This document shows positions 10,877-23,190 of a DNA stretch of 64,000 nucleotides, one piece after another. Source of the stretch: Phoronis australis. Its lineage: Eukaryota > Animalia > Phoronida. Within the stretch, counting starts at the first letter, position 1, and each line of letters begins with the position of its first letter. The stretch is from NCBI GenBank assembly GCA_002633005.1, contig NMRA01000182.1, positions 257,077-321,076 of the forward strand, given 5' to 3'. The position numbers and the translations under genes are program-made. The notes under the pieces are model-generated. The model searched no databases. It saw nothing but the letters and a program-made list of their open reading frames with translations, and was not told where the DNA came from.

Positions 10877-12563
10877 CGAATCTAATCATTGTACTCGAAA
10901 CGGAACTCGCCGCTATTTTTAGCATTTTTGTTTACTTTTGTGCAAATCCGACATAATGATAAGTGTCAGTGCTCGAGTACATTGTAGGTTATGCATACGA
11001 GTTTCCACTTCCATTTCGCACTTGATGCTAAAAACTCAGTAAAATTTCGAGATTTCGTGCCACTGTTGCATATATAAAGAACTCAGAAAACTGCCCGGCG
11101 GAATTCCGTGCCGACGGATTTTGATTGGAGTACAGAGCTTCCCGCCAGTGACACCCCAGGCCCTGAACTGTTGACGGAATGAAAGTTTCAGTTGAAACAG
11201 TGGAATTTGCAAAATCCATATTTCGACGCTTTACAGAACTGACATTTACAGAGATTACCTCAAACAGTAGCAGCATGCTCCTCAGAGACCCCCCTCCCCT
11301 AGCGGCTATAGCCTGTACCGTGAGACAATTAAGGTTCATACAAGTTTCGTATAGTCTACATATCCCGTAGCCGTAGACGTCAGTATAGTATCTGCCCGTG
11401 GAAACTATCTTATAAAACACTATCCTTTCAGTGTCGGTAGTGCTTCTCCATACCACTTCTTTTCCTCTTCATTGGCACTAGCAGTCCGCGCCGTCTTGAG
11501 TCGCTAACGTGGCATAAGTAATTTCCCTAAATTGCATATCACACTTGAGCATCCTACATTTTTTTCCAAACCATAGTATTGACAGTAATTTGGCAAATGA
11601 TATCGCTAGAAAATTTATGTAATTTTTTCTATTTTCAGTTTTTGATCTCGGCTTACATAACTACTCTAATGTTTGCCTAAAACAAACACATTTCATTTCT
11701 TATCGTCAGAAAACGTTTCTTTATCAAACAGTGGACATATCCCCAACGAATTGTTTAAATAAGCTTAAAACAGGCCCACAAAGCAATCGCTCTAATGGTA
11801 TATTGCTAAAGTCGCGCACTCGTTGCTATGTATCTAGACCACTTGAGAATATTAGCGCTGGAATGTCAAGTTGACTAACTCAACTCCACACAGAAGCTTG
11901 TTGGGCGATTGATTGCCGGGGAAGTTTATTATGGCAATGTCGTGAGAAATTGTAAGTACATATTTTACACACACACACACACATATATATATACATTTTT
12001 CTATATATAGAGATTCTTTGGTGTGTGCATAACCGTATGTCATGTTCAGGCGTATTGAATACACTTAAATAACGTTAATACAAAAATATTCTCAAATTCT
12101 CATTGGTTGCTGACGCAGTCGCTGTTACGGTGGAATAATTAATGCCTTCTGAAATTGCTTCTTCAAAGTCTTAGTGTATCTGTCAGACAAAAGGCGGAGA
12201 AAGTCAGATTTTTCATAATCACCGGACATTTATCAAAACGTTTGGCTTAACCAGACACGTGGCTTCTTTTGTACATCGTGTGATCACAGTAGGGCCTACT
12301 ACTGAACAGGATTCCGACTAAAAGCTAACTTATGATCTAGATCACTCTCCGATATAAAATTGGTCTTATCTTATCCCGTACTAAGATGAGAAATGATTTC
12401 TGCTTTTGCAAAGAACTGACAGTTCGCTTTTCCTTGAAACAACGCTTGACTCATAAAATGACACGCAGAGACAACCCAAATTGTACAATCTGGTCTCAAG
12501 CAAAGACGATCTACCAGTTCTTTCGAAATTATCACTCAAGAAAGAATCCAACGAATCGCATTT

Positions 12564-12820
12564 CACGCGCGCACCCAGGGCGGGGCTCGGAGGGCTCGAA
12601 CGAGCCCCCCCCCCATTTGGCGAAGTGGGCCCCCGAGAGACAAAAAGTTCTAGGTAATTGGGACAAAATTCCACTAAGGAAGCGCAAACGCGAAATTCAC
12701 AGTGGTGCTCCCGTTTTTGTTTTTTTTTGTTTTTTTTTTTGGTCCGCACGCTCTTTTGTTAGCAAAAGGTCCAGGTCCAGAATTCGAGCACCCCGATATT
12801 GAAGACTGGGTGCGCGCATG
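12564..12820 (+). mobile_element. MITE (CAYGCGCGCACCC TIR family), copy 1, with 5-bp target-site duplication (TSD) cattt
   Basis: cattt[cacgcgcgcacccag...ctgggtgcgcgcatg]cattt. Confidence 0.8.
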
Positions 12821-13001
12821 CATTTTTAATTTCGTTGCTTATACATTTTCGTTAGTGCCTTAAACCTGTCAATAAATACAATGAACAAACGAGGCTTACC
12901 GCTAACAAAAACGTTATCTTGATCTATTTGTCAAAACATAGCGTAAAGTGATATATTCATCCTAGAACATACCCAATCAAAACATTCAGATTTCACGAAA
13001 A

Positions 13002-14777
13002 CTTCATTCCTTGAATTTAGTTTCAGTTCTTCGTATCAGTTGTTGATCACAGTTGTGTCTTTTTAAACGTTAGATGATATTCCAAATGTATGATACTCGC
13101 TCTTGTCAAAAACTGGGGAAAAATTAACAAAATATGGTGCAAGAGTCAGGTACTTTACTTATAAAAGGATTCCATACTATTGGACACCCAACCCAAATCT
13201 TTGGGAAAACAATTATTAGAGTTGTGTCCGAAATTAAGAAATATTCGCCCTAATTTCTATATATACACAGTCATGGAACAGTTTTGCCAATTTTTTGTAA
13301 CTTTATCTCTCCCAAATCTGGGAACATCTATCTCTTCAACCAACAATGGCAACGAAACAGGGGAGTTAATGCTCAGTCAAATCCACCGTAAACTTGTTAA
13401 TCTTCGTATTCTCCAGTGCATTGGTATCTTTTACCTCAATGCCATTCAAATGCGAGCGTCAACAAACCTTGTGGCTTGGTTAATAACAATAAAAGCTTGA
13501 TTTGCTACTTCATAGTAAACAAGAATCTCTGCAATCCTAAAATGCAAATATAGAATATCTAAGCTCAACCGGCGTCATTGTTTACCATCGGCCTTAAGCT
13601 AATACTACAGCTTTTGTACTGAAAAACATAACAATGCTTTTGGAGTATTTGACTTGGTTGTGTAATTTATAGCAAGTTTTAAATCAATCCACCAATCACG
13701 AAATTCCCAATACTTGACTCTGTTCTTGCTATCGGCGGCAACACGTTGAGAAGAATAATACATCTTGGAAGTTGTGGAATGTATTTTTCAAATATTTGAA
13801 AAAAGGAAACCCTCGAGCTTGAATATGTAAATGACTTTTTTGTACATACATCTATGAATACTCGAAATTATGAGTTTTTTCAAANCTTTATTCCTCGAAT
13901 TTAGTTTCAGTTCTTCGTATCAGTTGTTGATCACAGTTGTGTCTTTTTAAACGTTAGATGATATTCTAAATGTGTGATACTCGCTCTTGTCAAAAACTGG
14001 GGTGAAAATTAACAAAATATGGTGCAAGAGTCAGGTACTTTACTTATAAAAGGATTCCATACTATTGGACACCCAACCCAAATCTTTGGGAAAACAATTA
14101 TTAGAGTTGTGTCCGAAGTTAAGAAATATTCGCCCTAATTTCTATATATACACAGTCATGGAACAGTTTTGCCAATTTTTTGTAAATTTATCTCTCCCAA
14201 ATCTGGGAACATCTATAACATCTATCTCTTCAACCAACAATGGCAACGAAACAGGGGAGTTAATGCTCAGTCAAATCACCGTAAACTTGTTAATCTTCGT
14301 ATTCTCCAGTGCATTGGTATCTTTTACCTCAATGCCATTCAAATGCGAGCGTCAACAAACCTTGTGGCTTAGTTAATAACAATAAAAGCTTGATTTGCTA
14401 CTTCATAGTAAACAAGAATCTCTGCAATCCTAAAATGCAAATATAGAATATCTAAGCTCAACCGGCGTCATTGTTTACCATCGGCCTTAAGCTAATACTA
14501 CAGCTTTTGTACTGAAAAACATAACAATGCTTTTGGAGTATTTGACTTGGTTGTGTAATTTATAGCAAGTTTTAAATCAATCCACCAATCACGAAATTCC
14601 CAATACTTGACTCTGTTCTTGCTATCGGCGGCAACACGTTGAGAAGAATAATACATCTTGGAAGTTGTGGAATGTATTTTTCAAATATTTGAAAAAAGGA
14701 AACCCTAGAGCTTGAATATGTAAATGACTTTTTTGTACATACATCTATGAATACTCGAAATTATGAGTTTTTTCAAA
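13002..14777. repeat. ~885-bp tandem duplication split by a single N (probable uncollapsed haplotype overlap)
   Basis: 13002-13884 and 13886-14777 are near-identical apart from SNPs and small indels. The N sits exactly at the junction (13885). Confidence 0.85.
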
Positions 14778-15038
14778 AGAATATTTTTTTCGCACAAAGG
14801 CGCACCAGCTTATTGAACTCTATAGCTATGTTTTTTGTCATTTTTGGAGTCGCCAATTATGAATTACCAATTTCCATTGAAAACACATCTAACGTAAAGG
14901 ATAACTCAACCTTCACTCAAAGTGCAGTAACTGGCTGCTTGGTTATACGACGTACTGTACGCATGTTATGATAAAAACGATAATTTGAAGAGTTGTTGCA
15001 TGATTTTATAGCCGACCGATGTGGCTCTACTGAGAAGA

Positions 15039-15553
15039 ATGGCTCAAACCAATGACGAGGAAAAAAGGCGCAGTGAAGTGTATTTTTCAATGTCGGAGAC
15101 AGAGACAGAGAAATCAATGAAACGAGGGATAAGCTTGAGTGAGTTTTTATCAGAGGACATCGAGGCCATTGAACGAGCCAATGAAAATGAAAGACAGCGA
15201 CGAGAACGCGTGGAAAGTGAAGTACGAGGTTACGCTAAACAAAAAACAAGTATCAAGAGCTGTGTAACGTTTTCTCAAGATGTGTCAGAGAAGTCAAACA
15301 TTCGTGAAATGGAGTTGTACGAATTGAGCAATGCTATGGACGAAAGCATCGACTCAGAGATGGAGCGACTGGGCGCCGCTGTCGAGAGGTCAAACATGCG
15401 ATTGACAAGTAAAGAAGGCCTCATGTCGTATGCAACTAAACAGGCGCAACATAAGTATAAGGACTTACCAGCAGAAATCAGAAGAGAGCTGACATCCAGT
15501 GAAATTGACGATCTGTTGCTAGTATTTAAAACTGTTGACAGAAAAAACAAGGG
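15039..15553 (+). CDS. Centrin/caltractin-like EF-hand protein, coding exon 1 (long N-terminal extension and start of EF1)
   Basis: MAQTNDEEK...ELTSSEIDDLLLVFKTVDRKNK GG|gtatgt, phase 2. An acceptor-like tatag at ~15011 means an upstream exon is possible. Confidence 0.8.
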
Positions 15554-15946
15554 GTATGTGATCACAGGACGAAACTCATTTGCATTTAATAAATTCCGAG
15601 TGGCACTCGATCGACCTATAATTGTTAATGGGATGTGCTGCTGGGAATTGATAACCACGTTTACATACCGAAAATGTTAATACCTGTCTCTAAAATCTGC
15701 TCCAACTTCGCACCTGGAGGGAACCTTTGTCTAACTTGTATTTGTATTACAAACAGTAGCGTTACGTGTTCAATTGTCACCTGAATTATCATTTCCTGCT
15801 TCCATTTCGAATGTGTTGAGCACCAATGACATGAGTTGTAATTTCTGAAATTTATTCATAGTCTCAATATACTCCCTCCAGTCACCTGTGAACGTTTTCG
15901 TCCCTGGGTCTCACCCAGAAAGTTTACTCAATTCTTTTCTTTGCAG

Positions 15947-16029
15947 TGCAATAGATAAAAGCGACCTGCAAATGGCTCTGAAAAGTCTTGGATTTAAACT
16001 CAGCAAGAAGGCAAGGCGAGATATGTTGG
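15947..16029 (+). CDS. Centrin-like EF-hand protein, exon 2
   Basis: ttgcag|T GCA ATA GAT...ATG TTG G|gtaaaa encodes AIDKSDLQMALKSLGFKLSKKARRDML, comparable to centrin ELKVAMRALGF. Confidence 0.85.
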
Positions 16030-16805
16030 GTAAAAAATACACGAAGTTTCTCAAAAATTTAAAAACACTCTTCTTTTGATCGCCGATTTAGAAAAACGAA
16101 TAATGGGTAAAATCGTAACATGTGTATATTTGTTTACTACGACCCTTTTTGAGTTAAAAGAAATGACGTTTAGCGCCATCCAACTTTGTTCCTGAACCCC
16201 TAAAAGTCAAAGGATGAATTTATAGTTGATTGAATTCCGAAAGAAATTTACATTATGTTGAAAGCGCATTATTTCGAAACAAGCGTGACTTTTGATATGC
16301 CTTAAAATTCGTTAGATCTTCTAATAAAAATGAAACATAAAATGTATTTTCATATTTTTAGAACAGAAAATCGCCGTCAAGTAACGGCATCGGGGTTTTA
16401 TCCGGCAACACAAGTTTATTATTTTATAGTAAAGCATGGCATCATGCGAGTCCAAGTTATACATGTATCTACATTTGCATGTGACTCTGAGGGTGGAAAT
16501 AGAACTGGAGGTTCCATGGGATGACCAAACTAAAGGTGTTACGTGTTAGGTAGCCTGTATTTCGCATGATGACCAGATTTCTCTACCTTAAGTTCACAGG
16601 GTAGTGATTTAGACTCAAAGCTTGACGGACGTGTGCGGGGTAATCAAGTAACCTGCCACTCTATAGATTCATACACAGATCCATAAGTTTACTGTTATGA
16701 AATCTTCTTGATTTTGTAAATGCACTCGATTACGATCAGTCATACAAATGGCTAACTGAGGGCACTTAAAACCCATCATTCGCACAGCTATATTTTATTT
16801 TCTAG

Positions 16806-16912
16806 CCGTCCTAGATACCAAAAGGCGAGGAAGAATCGATTTCGTGGATTTTTTAGAATTCATCATCAAGTATCAAGAGGGGGGTCCGGATCCTTACGAA
16901 GACTTAATGAAG
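16806..16912 (+). CDS. Centrin-like EF-hand protein, exon 3
   Basis: tctag|CC GTC CTA GAT...ATG AAG|gtaggt encodes AVLDTKRRGRIDFVDFLEFIIKYQEGGPDPYEDLMK. Confidence 0.85.
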
Positions 16913-17560
16913 GTAGGTAATTAGATTTTGAAAACTATCGATAGTGACAAAAGCCAACTGCAAAAATGTTGGGCACAGTCCGTGCAAACATGTCCGTCAT
17001 ACGGCGTCAAAGACGAATAATTGTTTTATAGATACCATAGCGGAAATTACGAGACCTAATTAGGCTAAGATGAATTATTTTGGGAAATGAGGAATACCGT
17101 TTGAAATAATCTCAGCCTAAGGAGGCGTTGTAGTCACAACACTTTGAGTGACACTGATATGAGTGTAAAACTGGGATCCGTTCCGTAACTCGAGTGAACG
17201 CTAGTGACTTTACGTGCTTTGTTTAATACATGGTGATCGAGATCTCACGAAGACCGTACACGTGTATTCTCGCCCCGGCAAAACTAGCAAGAATCGTTTT
17301 ACGGAATGCACCCGTGATAAAAGTTTTGAATATGACTTCTTGAATGGAGCTGATTAAAGTAAAACCGTCACTTTCAAGTTACGCCATTCAAGCTTGTGGT
17401 AGCGACTTTCCCCGAGGACTGAAGCAATCAGTAAACTCCTAAAAAGATTCTACGATTACATCAAAGTAGGGGTCTCCAAATAACACTTGCGTTTTTTATT
17501 GATTTATTTTGTTCTTCACTCCTTTATATCCGTTGTAATACATTTTATTAACATTTTCAG

Positions 17561-17779
17561 GCATTCAACATACTAGATAGCGAAGGAAAAGGTTACTTCA
17601 CATGGGAGGATATGCGAAATAGGGCCGACAGCTTTGGAGCGAAATTGTCTGATCGAATGATAACAGAAATGATTGATGAAGCAGATGAGAACGGAGATAG
17701 AAAAATAACTAAAAAAGAATTTATTAATGTCATGTTACGGACAAATAAATTTCAAATGTGGGCCTTTGCAGGAAAGTGA
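17561..17779 (+). CDS. Centrin-like EF-hand protein, last exon (EF3 and EF4)
   Basis: tttcag|GCA TTC...AAG TGA encodes AFNILDSEGKGYFTWEDM...MIDEADENGDRKITKKEFINVMLRTNKFQMWAFAGK*. The spliced CDS is 924 nt (307 aa). Confidence 0.9.
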   Translation, partial: AFNILDSEGKGYFTWEDMRNRADSFGAKLSDRMITEMIDEADENGDRKITKKEFINVMLRTNKFQMWAFAGK

Positions 17780-18248
17780 CACGTGCATTTCTGTATCAGT
17801 TTGGATTGTAATATTCATAGTTGGCAGATTTTGCAAAATTGCCTGTCCATGTTCTATACAGGAAAAGAATATAGTTAATTCTACCACTTCAAATGATGCA
17901 GAGTAGTCACCTTAAGAACATTACTTTTGAGATTTTCGGATGGTTCTCATAGCGCCATAATCGGCGACAATAGAAGGAGTAAAATGGGCAAATTTGAACA
18001 GAATCAAACGAATTTTCATTAGGCAACACTTGCACATTTGTTCGAAGCATTTTCGTCAAAAATACTTAAATTTTCTTACGTAAATGTGTTTTCCTTAGCT
18101 TATATTTTTACAAAAAAAATATGCAAAGCGGTTGACACTCAACTTCCCGGCTATTGATCGACGTGACATGTACCTGTATAGTATATACATAATGCCTTGG
18201 TTTACCCAAGGTAGTGTCTTATTGGCTCGATCATGGCAAACACTACAG

Positions 18249-18454
18249 CATGAGCGCACCCAAAAAAAATTTAAAAAACGAGATACGTTCAGAGCTATGA
18301 ATTCTGCATTCGCCGAATTCCTGCCTTTTTAGTGGACGTTTGTCTCGTTTTCTCGGACTGTTGTTTCTCTGAGGCGGATCTTTCTGCCCACTTAGCCAAA
18401 CGGGGCTCATTCGAGCCTCCAGAGTGCCCCCTCCCGCGGGTGCATGCACGCATG
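18249..18454 (-). mobile_element. MITE (CAYGCGCGCACCC TIR family), copy 2, 5-bp TSD tacag
   Basis: tacag[catgagcgcaccc...gggtgcatgcacgcatg]tacag. The interior shares tttgtctcgttttctcggact with copy 3. Confidence 0.7.
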
Positions 18455-19989
18455 TACAGTCGAACCTCGTTACAACCTCAATGGACCTTCGAAAGCTGTA
18501 GGTTAGGAGGTTAGGGCTAGTGCAGACGATGAGTTACGCACCTCGAATGACTCGGCTAATGAACTGTGAAGATTTGCCTCGCGTGGTAAAAGATGCTGTT
18601 ATCTTTGGCGTGGTGGTGCCGCGGCAGCCGGCGAATCTGTCTTACTTTTTCGATTAGCAGGCGAGCTGCGTAAATGAATCCTCACACCAAGCGGACGAGG
18701 CGAATCTCGGTTAGCCAATGACTAAAAATTAACTACTGCATGAGAACAACAAATCTCGCTGGCTTACTCTTCATATAACCCCGTATATGTTGAGTAAGCG
18801 AAAATCTGAAATGTGGGATTGAGTCATCCCTGAATGTAATTATCTTGCGTAATCCACTATGAAAACATCGCCCAAGGCCAGGATAGAGTTCAGTGTCTGT
18901 CTCGCGGCTACAAAAATCTGGCCAAACTCACGTGCTCTCACTAAAATACATAGCAATAGGCCTATCTCGCGTAATCTTGCAACGTCAATCTGCCTCGATG
19001 TGTTGGTATTGTCATAAGACTGGAATCACTAACGTATGCCAGCGGCATACCGGTACATTCGACGGCACTCTCCGGCAATTTTGAAGGCCACACGACGCCT
19101 ATAATGATTGTAACTCGCACTGGCAAGATAAGAAACCGTGACCTAGCTCCGAGGGCCGCGAGTCACGGATCCGGAATAACTCCAGTATTTTCGGAGGTGT
19201 TTCGTGTCTGGGCGTGTCGGTGTGAACTTCAATCATACAGCAAGCCGTGGGACTCACGAAGAGGAGAAAAGTGCGCCTGCTGGCGGCGTTCGGCATTCAC
19301 GACGAGCAGAATCAGGCAACATTCCGAAAAAACGCCCAACCAAGAGAGTTTATGATTTATGGTAGTGTTAGGACGGAGGAGACAGAGCTAGGATCTATAG
19401 GGTTAAGGTTAGGGAGTCTAATTAGGTCGGGGTTATAAGGCCTGTGTTACTGTAGGTCCTGCTGGTATAGGCATGAGTTCATGTCGACGTCGATGCCTTC
19501 AGATTTTGTTTGGCCATTTTGAATGCCGAACTCCATGCGCCAGGATACTAAGCTCAGATAAAACCAGTCACAGTGCACCAGAAGGCAGACTAAAAATTGA
19601 GAATGACCGTCGCATACGACTTTGGAGGTCTGCTATCAGGTGAAACCATGAGCCCCTCTCGACAGGCAAATCTCTTTGCTAGTGAAGTACGCATATTAGA
19701 ACAGATGTGAACCACTTCCGAGAGATTTAAGGCTACGAAGTTACGAGAGGCTGCAACAATACCCGAGGTATTTCGGATGTCTCACATTTCCCCTTGGAGA
19801 TGTCGAACGTACGTTATTTGCGCACGTGCAGATTTTTGGCGGTCATCATGGCAAATCATGTGACTTTGCCGTATGACTGAAGTTCGTACACACGTTCACT
19901 TCGAGGGGCAACATGAAAGTCCACGATTTAGAGTAGCGCGTGAGCACTTGTGGTGAAGAAGCAACGTTAACTAGAGTAGAGTAGGCAAT

Positions 19990-20200
19990 CATGCGCGCAC
20001 CCATCCTTTAATATGGGGGGGGCTCGAATTTCCGACGATGTGGACCTTTTACCTAAAAAAGCCGAAGGACTAAAAAACAGAGTACCACGTCCAGAGCTGT
20101 GAATTGTGCGTTTGCGTTGCGTCTTTTAGTAGTGGACTTTTTGTCTCGTTTTCTCGGACTTTTTGGTTCGAGCCCCACGAGCCCTCCGGTTGCGCGCATG
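19990..20200 (-). mobile_element. MITE (CAYGCGCGCACCC TIR family), copy 3, 6-bp TSD ggcaat
   Basis: ggcaat[catgcgcgcaccc...ggttgcgcgcatg]ggcaat. Confidence 0.8.
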
Positions 20201-21633
20201 GGCAATACTAGAATCCAATTTTTACAATGCGCTCTAGACTGAACAATAACGTGCAGATTTCTTTTAAAATAGCCTGAATAGGCCTAAGTGGCGAAAACAG
20301 CGCTTGATAATAAATTTATGTAACCAGTACATGAATGCTGTAGATTGTTTGGTCATGGAAACTAAGTCATGAAAGTTAGCTCGGTTTCACACTGATTGAA
20401 TCTCGACTTCGAGGGGTCAGCCGAAGCTGGGCCGGAAGGTGAACGGTGATAAAAATATTATAAATTTGGTATTTCAATAGTATTAGGACTTCAGTCAAAA
20501 TAATTTGAAGAGTATAATTTTTTGTATAGAGCTCAGTACGCTAGGCCTACAACATAAATACTGATCGTGGGGTGGACGCATTGACCGTAGGGGGTTCGAA
20601 AATGGTAATCTCGAGTATGCCGCTGGGAAAGGCCAACCTCAAGTTTTGACAATCCAGTGGATATCTCATTCGAAAAATTTGAGCCTTACTCATTCATGCG
20701 TGTCCACGCGCTGACCATGGGAAACGCATGTGGATTGGTTTGTTATTACTCTATCATGGACGAAACCATGTCGGATTATTTGCGATTACGAAAATACCCG
20801 TGGGCAGTGTTGGGGATGTTCCTAAGGAACTTCGGAGCCGGTCTCTCATCAACATGTGACTGATCTCCGGTCTTAGTGGTCCAAGGGTGAAGTGGGATAG
20901 CCAAAATCCTACTGCGTCAAAAACTGTGGGCTCACAACGTAGGGGTAACAACCTCTTCTTAATAACTTGCTTGTTTTATATCATAAAAAACAGCAAGTAT
21001 ACGGATCGACACATTGGACCCGGAAAAAGATGGGCTCTCGACGAACGGAAGAAACTTTGACACTGAGAAAGCAGCAAAATTTTCATGAGCCTACACGCAA
21101 AAGCTAAAAGGCACAACTTGTGACAAGTCTTTCCGTAAACCCCACGTTTGAGACCACGCTAACGAATTATCAGGGTGTTGGGAGAAATGAAATGAATCTG
21201 AACAAAAAAGAATCTCAAAATAGCTTGCCGTGGTTCGGATCCCCCGATGTAGACTCGAGGCACGCGGAGTTTCGGCGCGATCCGCCCAACCGTCTCGAAG
21301 CTTTGTTACGTGGGTAATTACAGAACTCGGCTTACAAAATTGTGACCCGATCTAATTAGAATATCAGAGCTCACTAAAGCAGATGAGTGAAAGGTTACAA
21401 ATCATGCTATTGTCAGTTGGTATACGCGTTGACCTGTGTCGAGTTCAGTCAGTAACTCTAGTTCATCGATCGCTAGAATAGGAAGATCTCGCAAAACTCC
21501 GCGAGATATCGCCGTGTATTGCCAACGAAAGCACGCGCTTTGTCTTGCCGCCAGGCAGCTATTGAACTCGACGTACTTGCACTGTATTAAACCGGCATAG
21601 AATAGCAAGGGAGAAATCGATCGATCGCACGAT

Positions 21634-23190
21634 ATGGAGAAAAATAACAACACAGCTAAAGAACGAGAGGCGTTCCTCAACCAAAAAGAAGAACGACACA
21701 ATAAGGTAATTTCGAGCGACGTTGAAGACACATCGACACCAAAATCACCGAGCAAGGTCCAGTTTGCACTAATAACTGTCGTCGTGTACGCGTCTTATTT
21801 GAGTTGTGGCTTGTGTTATAGTATCGGGCCTGTGTTGCTGGATTTACAAGAGCTGTTCGAAGCCGACACTCAGTCGATTTCGTTATCGTTTATTGGACAG
21901 GGTGCCGGATACTTAATTGGGTCTATTACCGGGGGCATTCTCATCGACAGAGTAGCGAGTACTGCGTACTACACCATATCAACTGTGGGCATGAGTATAT
22001 TCTTGGCGATAATGTCGTGGATGCCCAACTTAATTCTCTTCATAATAATCTATGCAATGAATACAACATTCCTGGCCATGGTAGACGGCGGGGGTGCGGT
22101 CACTCTGCTTACGCTCTGGCAGGGAAGTCGTCATCAAGACTCCATCGTTCACGGCAGCCGATTGATGCTTTCTATTGGAGCAGCTTTGGCGCCAGTTGTT
22201 GTGGGACCTTTTTTGTCAAAGCGAAGCTCCACGATGGCCATCAATGAAACGTCATTATTTGTCGACACGTTTAATTTGTCCGGCAAAGCGACTCTCACAG
22301 CCTCGGAAATTTTTGAAGACGAAACGAACAATATTTCCTATCATAAATATTCATTTGTGGACGAAACTACGCTGGCTATGGAGTATGGCCACACGAGGGT
22401 TCAGTACGGACTGACTACAGTAGCCGGTATTATGACTATTTCTGTAGCGCTAAGCGTGGTCGCATTTATTTGGCTCGGTGCACACGTGTTTCAGAAAAAC
22501 AATAAGACTGCTCTAAAAAAAGTCAACAATGCCCAGAAGACACTTGAAAACAATGACGGAACCCATTTCGGATTCGTTGTTCTTAGCGCATTGTTTTACT
22601 TCGGTTATTCGGCGACCGAGCTGTCCATATTTTCATTTATTGCATTGTTTGTAGTTAAGGAACTCAAGTGGGAAAAACTCCAAGGATCTATGATTACGAC
22701 TGTTTTGTTTGGATCTCAAGCGATGTCGAGATTCCTGGGCATATTTATCGCACAATGTTTGCAGCCATCAAGCATAATGTATATTGACCTGTCGGTTGCT
22801 ATTACCTCGGCCGTGTTCTTGCTGTTTTCAAAACGTCTACCCGAAGTCGTGACGTGGCTGGCCGTGTCAACTTTTGGACTGGGCATGGGGTCATTCAACA
22901 GTGCCTCTTATTGTTTCGCCAGCAAATACGTACAGTCTGGAGGGATATTGTCCGCTTCGATGCTCGCGTCCAGTTCCATTTCCATCATGGCGGTACTTCC
23001 GTTTGTTGGATATCTTTACGACGCTATCGGGCCAATGGCTATGGTGCATGTTTGCTTAGCGACAGGGTTATTTACATTGGTAGTAGTTATTTCAATAGAT
23101 TGCCTCGGGCGAAGACGTTTGGAACAGGGTGTAAAAATCAGTGAAACTGCGATTGTAACAGAAATTGACCCAAAATTACCAGATTTTTGA
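21634..23190 (+). CDS. Major facilitator superfamily transporter, MFSD4/sodium-dependent glucose transporter 1 (NaGLT1)-like, intronless CDS
   Basis: Uninterrupted 518-aa ORF with about 12 hydrophobic segments. Family-type motifs include GPVLLDL, GYLIGSITGGILID, DGGG..LL.LW and IGAALAPVVVGPFL. There is an N-glycosylation-rich loop (NET, NLS, NIS) and AATAAA at 23229. Confidence 0.9.
   Translation: MEKNNNTAKEREAFLNQKEERHNKVISSDVEDTSTPKSPSKVQFALITVVVYASYLSCGLCYSIGPVLLDLQELFEADTQSISLSFIGQGAGYLIGSITGGILIDRVASTAYYTISTVGMSIFLAIMSWMPNLILFIIIYAMNTTFLAMVDGGGAVTLLTLWQGSRHQDSIVHGSRLMLSIGAALAPVVVGPFLSKRSSTMAINETSLFVDTFNLSGKATLTASEIFEDETNNISYHKYSFVDETTLAMEYGHTRVQYGLTTVAGIMTISVALSVVAFIWLGAHVFQKNNKTALKKVNNAQKTLENNDGTHFGFVVLSALFYFGYSATELSIFSFIALFVVKELKWEKLQGSMITTVLFGSQAMSRFLGIFIAQCLQPSSIMYIDLSVAITSAVFLLFSKRLPEVVTWLAVSTFGLGMGSFNSASYCFASKYVQSGGILSASMLASSSISIMAVLPFVGYLYDAIGPMAMVHVCLATGLFTLVVVISIDCLGRRRLEQGVKISETAIVTEIDPKLPDF

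Noticed and set aside
13002-14777. Tandem duplication with twin 103-106 aa ORFs (MDTQPKSLG...)
   Set aside because: A single N at the exact junction and near identity indicate an uncollapsed allelic overlap. The ORFs start at TTG, diverge by frameshift and have no recognisable domain.
15554-15680. ORF-track extension of the centrin-like exon (YVITGRNSF...)
   Set aside because: This is read-through into the intron past the gtatgt donor. The EF-hand continues properly only by splicing to 15947.
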